Shown: positions 55,931 to 64,000 of the stretch, in pieces | Position numbering within the stretch: position 1 is the first letter of the stretch | Layout: each line of letters starts with the position of its first letter | Source: Octopus vulgaris | Taxonomy: Eukaryota | Length of the DNA stretch: 64,000 bases | Direction: 5' to 3' | Assembly (NCBI GenBank): GCA_951406725.2 | Contig: OX597815.1 | Span: forward strand, 74,648,001 to 74,712,000 | Made by a program: the position numbers and the translations under genes | Notes under the pieces: generated by a model | Database searches by the model: none | What the model was told of the DNA's origin: nothing | What the model saw: only the letters and a program-made list of their open reading frames with translations

Positions 55931-56174
55931 GAACGTTTAGAATTCTTTTTCTCTTTGGTATAATTGAAACATTATCGGCAGAGCTTCAAATTCCAGCCGA
56001 ACATAATGTACAAAAGATCTTGCAACACTTGAAAAGTAGGCAATTTCTATAACACTGTTTTTCACACATGTAGCGACAATGATTTCATGTCTTTTCATTT
56101 CTTGTGGTACAGTTTTATCTGTGGAGGGGTATCTGAAAGAAATAAAACCTTTATATATACACATGCAAACATGC

Positions 56175-56236
<62 letters not shown>

Positions 56237-56474
56237 ACAAACACACACACACACACACACGCATACAAACACACACACACACACACACATATGTACAAAT
56301 ATGCGCATACATGATTACCAAAACAAACTTCATAACTTGTGAAGTAAACACAGCGATGTCACTCGGCACACAGCCTCGTGAAAGTAACTGTTGCTCTCAC
56401 TACGCAAGCATCTGTGTGCTGGCATCTGTTGACGTGTTACAGAACTAGTCCGGGAAGTTTTGGATGCCATATAT

Positions 56475-56887
56475 ATACTCTTTACTCTCTCTTTTACTCG
56501 TTTCAGTCATTTGACTGCGACCATGCTGAAGCACCGCCTTCGGTCGAGCAAATCGACCCCGGGACTTATTCTTTGTAAGCCCAGTACTTATTCTATCGGT
56601 CTCCTTTGCCGAACCGCTAAGTGACGGGGACATAAACACACCAGCATCGGTTGTCAAGCAATGCTAGGGGGACAAACACAGACACACAAACACATACACA
56701 CACACATATATATACATACATATATACGACGGGCTTCTTTCAGTTTCCGTCTACCAAATCCACTCACAAGGCATTGGTCTGCCTGGGGCTATAGCAGAAG
56801 ACACTTGCCCAAGATGCCACGCAGTGGGAATGAACCCGGAACCATGTGGTTGGTTAGCAAGCTTCTTACCACACAGCCACTCCTGCG

Positions 56888-56890
<3 letters not shown>
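56475..56890 (-). mobile_element. SINE family B
   Basis: Matches 35105-35540. Confidence 0.9.
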
Positions 56891-56946
<56 letters not shown>

Positions 56947-56959
56947 TTGTTCCTTCTCA

Positions 56960-57098
56960 TAAGGGCCGGTTTCCCGATTTCTTTGGCGTATAGGTTCCCC
57001 ATCTCATAAACACACACATCATCCGGTCTGAGATTCGAATCTGCGATCCCTCGACCGTGAGTCCGCTGCTCTAACCACTAGGACATGTGTCTCCACGC
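56960..57098 (-). mobile_element. tRNA-derived SINE head
   Basis: CCTAGTGGTTAGAGCAGCGGACTC...GATTCGAATCTC on the minus strand. Confidence 0.7.
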
Positions 57099-57233
57099 AC
57101 ACACACACACACACACAGACACACACACACACACACACACAGACATATGTATGTATGTTTTTATGGTTTCTTTTCCTTTATGTTGAAATGTTAAAATAGA
57201 TTTTAATAGGAATAAACATAAAAGAGAACATAC

Positions 57234-57476
57234 TTCTGTCGTGTTGATTTTGACAATTATATTATTCAAACTTCTATGAAAAATTGATATTCTGGATATT
57301 GTGTAGATTGCGTCAAAAAAGAATTTGATCCCAACTCTGTTTGACCATTCCGTAGTCATATTGGAATCATAGCTGTAGTAACACGGATTGTCCATTTCAT
57401 TAGAATATAAGGCTGTACAATTTTTTATTCGGGCTAAAAAGTTATATATAAAAAGAACAAACGTGATATTAGCCAT
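57234..57476 (-). CDS. Membrane protein first coding exon (signal-peptide-like MANITFVLFIYNFLA...)
   Basis: ATG at 57476, 81 codons, GAA|GTATGT donor (phase 0) matching the phase-0 acceptor at 54725. Confidence 0.75.
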
Positions 57477-58008
57477 GAGTTTTCTGCTCACAGACACTTT
57501 TATTCATCTTGCACAAGTTGCGAAAATTACAAAAAAAAAAGAAGAAGCAAAATCAACACATTACTTGTTGGAAATATGTTGCAAGAGGCGTAACTCTTCA
57601 TCGAAAAATTATAGTTTCGTTCAGTAAAAAATTGTAAAAAATATCTAGAGGATGCAGAATAAAACATTTAAATATAATTGCGTAAATAGAAGAAAAGTGA
57701 ACGAAAAAAGGAAAAGAGTAAAAAAATTGGTAAATGATAAAATGAAATAAAGAAGTCCTTCCCCACTCCCGTTGCTTTCTACTCATTTTGTTTTCATATT
57801 CGTTTCCTACACATTTTTTTTTACATCCGTTGCACTATTTTTTTTAAAAATTTGCTTCCGGGTAATATTGTAAACATTAACCAAATTTTGAATAACAAAA
57901 GTTAAATATCACAAGGGAGCATCATGATTTTAGAAATGATTCGGTGGTGTATGGCCAAAAATTGGTTAGGAACCACCGATATACATACATACATACATAC
58001 ATACATAC

Positions 58009-58052
<44 letters not shown>

Positions 58053-58116
58053 ATATTTCGGAATGGTCATATTGCCAGTTTAGCCAATTTAAACGTATAT
58101 ATATATATATATATAT

Positions 58117-58254
<138 letters not shown>

Positions 58255-58429
58255 TAATAAATATTAGGGAATAAATCCAAATTTACAGGGGAAAATCAGA
58301 TTTATGATTAAATCCAATTTTATAGTAAAATATTATATAATATAATTCGAGACAAAACCACTATTTTGCAAAACAAACAAGGAAAGACTTAATCAATACA
58401 TAAAAATTTTAATATAAAGAAATAAACCG

Positions 58430-58472
58430 CCACTACAATCGTTTCATGTCTTCAATGACATTCGTCAGGTGG
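58430..58472 (-). ncRNA. Minimal type I hammerhead ribozyme (inverted copy)
   Basis: Reverse complement of 58538-58580. Confidence 0.82.
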
Positions 58473-58537
58473 ATTTTCGATCTCCTAATCTGTTTTAATT
58501 TATGAATTAAATTAAAACAGATTAGGAGATCGAAAAT

Positions 58538-58580
58538 CCACCTGACGAATGTCATTGAAGACATGAAACGATTGTAGTGG
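58538..58580 (+). ncRNA. Minimal type I hammerhead ribozyme
   Basis: CCAC-CTGACGA-ATGTC-attgaa-GACAT-GAAA-CGATTG-TA-GTGG: complete core, stems I and II, short stem III. Confidence 0.82.
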
Positions 58581-58932
58581 CGGTTTATTTCTTTATATTA
58601 AAATTTTTATGTATTGATTAAGTCTTTCCTTGTTTGTTTTGCAAAATAGTGGTTTTGTCTCGAATTATATTATATATATATATATGTATGTATGTATATC
58701 AAAAAACAAAAATATATATAATGAAAAGAATACGACTCATATACATCACCTTTTAAATAGTGTCCCTCAAATCTGTTTTCATCGCAGTTTAAACCCTTTA
58801 CGTCTTCACTTCGGAAAAATAAACTTTTACAAGTATTCAGTTTCATTGACAGAATAGAATTGTTGAGTTGTGGACATTGGACTGGAAAATCAAAGAAACG
58901 TGTGTGTACGAGCATAAATACATACACAAACA

Positions 58933-59037
<105 letters not shown>

Positions 59038-59089
59038 TAGCAGAGATACCCGACCTTGCTCGGGAATAAAATGGCATAGATTTTTATTG

Positions 59090-59365
59090 CTTTACTTGTT
59101 TCAGTCATATGACTGCGGCCATGCTGGATATCAACCACAGGATTTATTCTTTGTAAGCCTAGTACTCATTCTGTCAGTGTCTTTTACCAAATCGCCAAGT
59201 TACAGGAATGTAAACACAGCAACATCAGTTGTCAAGCAATGGTGGGGGTACAAACACAAGACACAGGCACACACATACACAAATATACACATATATACGA
59301 CAGTCTTCTTTCAGTTTCCGAGTACGAAATCCACTCACAAGGTTTTGGTCGGCCTGAGGCTATAA
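59090..59365 (-). mobile_element. SINE family B, partial; Helitron-like CTAG/hairpin end just upstream (59037-59064)
   Basis: Family B body; CTAGCAGAGATACCCGACCTTGCTCGGG resembles 16504-16532. Confidence 0.75.
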
Positions 59366-59368
59366 TAA

Positions 59369-59868
<500 letters not shown>

Positions 59869-59886
59869 TATATATATACACTCACA

Positions 59887-59952
<66 letters not shown>

Positions 59953-59993
59953 TCTATATATATCCATATATATAAGTGGATATATATACATAT

Positions 59994-60032
<39 letters not shown>

Positions 60033-60789
60033 AGGTGACATGCCCGGTAATTCCCAGGAAAGCGGGCTTATCCCTTGATTCCATTCTCATAATTATTTCG
60101 CTGATGCAATAATAACAATACAAAGTATGTAGCCCTTAAACGGTTTTTGTGTATTTATTGAGGATACCGAACTGTCTTACAAAGGATCTTGTTTTTAGGA
60201 ATTACCAATAAGTTAACAATACCCAAATTGTGAAGTCAGTTATGTAATAACATGAAATTAATTACCCTATATTAAGAATTCAAATAAAGTAGCCCCGAAA
60301 AGGGCTTTAATATGTTCCCAGAGTATATAGAACATAGGAGGAAATACTAATAAGGTATGTATACTAAAATCGTGATATATGTTATTTAATAACAGGCTAA
60401 TCAGATATGAGATAATAACAATTCAAAGTAATTAACTATGAAAAAAGCTTTTATGATTTCCCAGAGAATATTACCCTCAGCAGCGCTAGAGTTGGTATAT
60501 TCGTGAATAAATCACTAACCGAAATAAGTGGATCTATTTTTTAGGAGAATACTATTAACTTGTTTAAGACTTGTACTGGATAAATTCAGAAAATAACTGA
60601 AATAATTAAAATACTAAGAAATAAGTATATTCAATTTCATTTTTACCAAATAATTTACGAAGGAGGGAATGGGTCAGTTCCCTTGGAAGCTTAAAATAAT
60701 TACACCCGCCGTTCAACCGCGCCCAAATGTTATTCCTCCCGCCGTTTACCTGAACATTTTTTCGAAATCAATTTATACTTAAAATCCCC

Positions 60790-61310
60790 CAGACACATAT
60801 GCAATCATGCATGTCTCTACATGTCACATTGTAAATTGCAGCTTCTCAATAGTATTAGTTTGTCTTTTACGGATACTGAAGAGTGGACTAAGGTATTATA
60901 ATGGAGACAGTTGAATGTAGATCAGTGATCAGGTTTTAATCCTTGAAAAGTTGTACACCAAAGAAGACTTTCGATGAGATGAAAGAAGTTTATGGTGACA
61001 ATGCACCTTCATACGACGAAGTCAATCTCTGGCCTCGCCAGTTCAAATGTGGTCGGTCATCAGTGGAAACTGCACCTACTTTTGGACGACACCATCCATA
61101 AAGTGAAAGCCGCTATTTTGGAGGGTCATCGCATAACTATTCGGCATCAAGCCCAAAAAGTGAATTGTAAGGTCCGTGAAAGAAATCATTCACGACCATT
61201 GCACATGCGGAAGTTAATTGCACCATGGATTCCCCAGATGCTCACACCTTTTCAGAAGCAGGAACGAGTTAATTGTTCCCAATCAACGTGCCAAGAAAAC
61301 GAGGAGGACT
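60790..61310 (+). mobile_element. Mariner transposase N-terminal remnant
   Basis: METVECRSVIRF..TPKKTFDEMKEVYGDNAPSYDEVNLWPRQFKCGRSSVE and WIPQMLT (WVPHEL motif). Confidence 0.8.
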
Positions 61311-61774
61311 AAGGATTACACAATTTAAACGCTGGTAACTCTAGTAAAAATTTCACTTATTGATGGTCTGTTGATCAATGAACATGCTGCTGCTCGCTGG
61401 TGAACTGAAAGTTGAATAATATATTACGTAATATTATAGCTATCGTTAATACTGCATAGTGACTGTACAATCTTTAGATTACAATAAAGAAGATTAATGA
61501 AACAATTGTGACAATACCAGATAACCAATTCATCTGTTTTTAATATGTTTTAGGTCAAGCATTAAATTTAATTCCGTGTTGGATAATTTCGGATACAATC
61601 GTGGTTGTGGGTTACCTAACAACAGTGACCTTCCCTTCATCGATGAATTTTGGGCCATGATAAAAGACAGAATAACTGTCTGCTTTGTGTCATTCCACCT
61701 TGACAATTTGTGACGAAGCATCACTTTGGTATGCCTAGAGCCATTACGGGTTCCCTGTAATATCTGTATCTGTC

Positions 61775-61780
61775 TTTCTG

Positions 61781-61849
<69 letters not shown>

Positions 61850-61926
61850 ATATCTATCTATCTAGCTATCTATCTATCTATCTGACTGTCTGTCTGTCTG
61901 TCTATCTATTTATCTATCTATTAATC

Positions 61927-61980
<54 letters not shown>

Positions 61981-62086
61981 TGTGTCTGCGTGTGTGTGTG
62001 TGTGTATATATACGTATATACATATATATATACACACACACATACACACGCACACACGCAAACACACACACACACACACACACACA
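61775..62086. repeat. (TCTA)n, (TG)n and (CA)n microsatellites
   Basis: Directly visible. Confidence 0.93.
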
Positions 62087-63017
62087 ATAATTTCCAAGAT
62101 ATAGCGCCCTAGATCATTACAGATCCTCATCCATGTTTAACAGTTGGAATAAGGCAGTCTGGGTCAACTGCTTCTTTTGGCTGTCTCCACACGTATACTC
62201 GGCCGGTGGTCTGAAATGAGGTAAGGGATGACTATGTTTATATGTACACACACACACACATATCTTTATAATCAAGGATAAAATCTATATAGGATTTTAT
62301 CAAGTAGCTAGCTTGTAAAAAACCATTTAGGTAAAAATTAATACTATGTTTTTCTAAAATTGCTCCTTCTTTTCAGATATCATCAAAAAAAGGTAATTAA
62401 AATTCATTAAAATTACAGATCTATCGGACTTTCAAAGAGGTCAAATTGTTGGTGCTCGTATGGTAGTCGCTAGCGTAACGAACACAGCCGAAATGTTTGG
62501 TGTATCAAGAAGTACTGTCTCAAAAGTAATGACAGCCTTTGAGAAAGAGGGAAAAACCTCCTCGTCGAAATAAAACTCCAGAAAAAAACCAAAACTTTCA
62601 GATAGGGATTTTCAGACGCTTACGCTAATTGTTAGAAACGATCACAAAAGTACAGCTCCCAAAATTACAGCAGAGCTTAATGGCCACCTCGATAAACCAG
62701 TTTCCACAAAAACTGTTAGCCGTGAGCTGCACAATGCCGGATTTCACGGGAGGGCTGCAATCAGAAAACTACTACTTTCAAAAGCAAACGTTGCAAAGCG
62801 TCTAGGGTGATGTAAAAACCTACAGAATTGGTCCCTGGAACAGTGGAAGAATGTTATTTTCTCGGACGAGTCATCCTTTACCTCATTTCAGACCACCGGC
62901 CGAGTATACGTGTGGAGACAGCCAAAAGAAGCAGTTGACCCAGACTGCCTTATTCCAACTGTTAAACATGGATGAGGATCTGTGATGATCTGGGGCGCTA
63001 TATCTTGGAAATTATTA
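62087..63017 (+). mobile_element. Tc1-like fragment (62370-63015) with an inverted copy of its 3' 145 bp at 62087-62233
   Basis: DLSDFQRGQIVGA, WKNVIFSDES and TVKHG.GSVMIWGAISW; 62087-62233 is the reverse complement of about 62869-63017. Confidence 0.88.
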
Positions 63018-63071
63018 TGTGTGTATGTGTGTGTGTGTGTTTGCGTGTGTGCGTGTGTATGTGTGTGTGTG

Positions 63072-63108
<37 letters not shown>

Positions 63109-63892
63109 TTAAACATCTGAGAGTGTGTGTGGCGGTCAGTTTTTGTGCAGTTATTCGCAGATACGTGTGCTGTGTTCATGTCCTCGGATGGGTCTATGCA
63201 TGATTTTCTAGATGTACGAGTAACACAGATCTTATCCACCTCTTACATATGCTTAGTTGTCTTTGATGGGGTCTTGTATGCCGACTGTATGTCAAGGTAT
63301 AAACATGGATATGTGAATGAGGCTAAATTTCAACTTACCTTGCTTGGTGGAATCCAGATTGGTAGTTGAACGTATCGAGTGTTCATTGACGGTAGGTGGC
63401 GATGAGTGCCGATCTTCTTTTGAGTATCTGCTTGTTATTGAATAAAATAGTAATTTTTCATTAATATCTGTTGATGGGATCATTACTATTTATTGTTGAT
63501 CCCTCAGGGTCAGTGTTTGCTGTCTTCATCGGGTTTTGGTAGTAATTCTTCATCGTCGCTGGTAGGGGTTGTGCCTAAAGGACATAATTTTTATAGGATT
63601 ATTATATTTCTTCATTTTATTTTAAAATACGGTGAGGCACTCTTCTGTAGGTATGCCATATCTGTAATATAACGACACAAATAATAGCATGTGTATGTGT
63701 GTATGTGCGTGTATGTGTGTGCGTGTGTGTGGTGTATAATTGTAATAAGCTCCACTACTTCATATTGTTATAAGTATTACTTAATAAGTATTATGTTGCA
63801 TTCATTCTATATTTATATCGGTAGAAGATCAGTTTTCATTTTTTACCGATGCCTACCTTCAGAATAGAAACCGTAACTTAGATTTCACTCCA

Positions 63893-64000
63893 TTTTTTTC
63901 TCGGACGAGTCATCATTTACCTTATTTCCGACCACCGGCCGAGTATACGTATGGAGACAGCCAAAAGAAGCATTTGACCCAGACTACCTTCTTCCAACAG
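63893..64000 (+). mobile_element. Tc1-like fragment running off the window
   Basis: FSDESSFTLFPTTGRVYVWRQPKEAFDPD. Confidence 0.85.

Larger units (their letters stand above)
58260..58676. mobile_element. Fold-back PLE terminal element in (TA)n, about 169-bp arms
   Basis: 58334-58502 pairs with 58508-58676 across a 5-nt loop, no mismatch noticed; the left arm extends to about 58260. Confidence 0.92.

Noticed and set aside
57020-57098. tRNA gene candidates here and at 35470-35540 and 48325-48395
   Set aside because: A/B boxes are present but I could not fold a full cloverleaf, and each continues into a repeated SINE body.
63150-63640. Possible decayed Penelope endonuclease on the minus strand
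   Set aside because: Only faint motif resemblance with many stops; insufficient to call.

Overview
Eukaryotic, AT-rich, microsatellite-dense genomic DNA. The tRNA-derived SINE families, (TA)n/(CA)n/(AAT)n density and mollusc-type genes point to an octopus-like cephalopod (inference). Most ORFs in the track are microsatellite artefacts. Two minus-strand protein genes can be rebuilt by hand with phase-consistent GT-AG junctions. The first is a two-coding-exon GT11 alpha-1,2-fucosyltransferase (8733-8685 + 5558-4579, about 342 aa). The second is a 6-7 exon, about 28-kb gene for an uncharacterised, N-glycosylation-rich type I membrane protein (57476 to 29802, about 317-339 aa). The remainder is mostly transposon debris: mariner/Tc1 (one with an apparent intron), a DDE transposon with a TTA duplication, Helitrons, a deleted Gypsy, RTE and Dong/R4 LINEs, and many Penelope-like elements (PLEs). 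The most striking pattern is a recurring architecture in at least 9 places: head-to-head inverted (fold-back) insertions, mostly inside microsatellites. Several carry type I hammerhead ribozymes with palindromic stem III and unusually long stem II. One has a tRNA-like head, which suggests a PLE-mobilised SINE. All coordinates were read by eye, and repeat boundaries are approximate.
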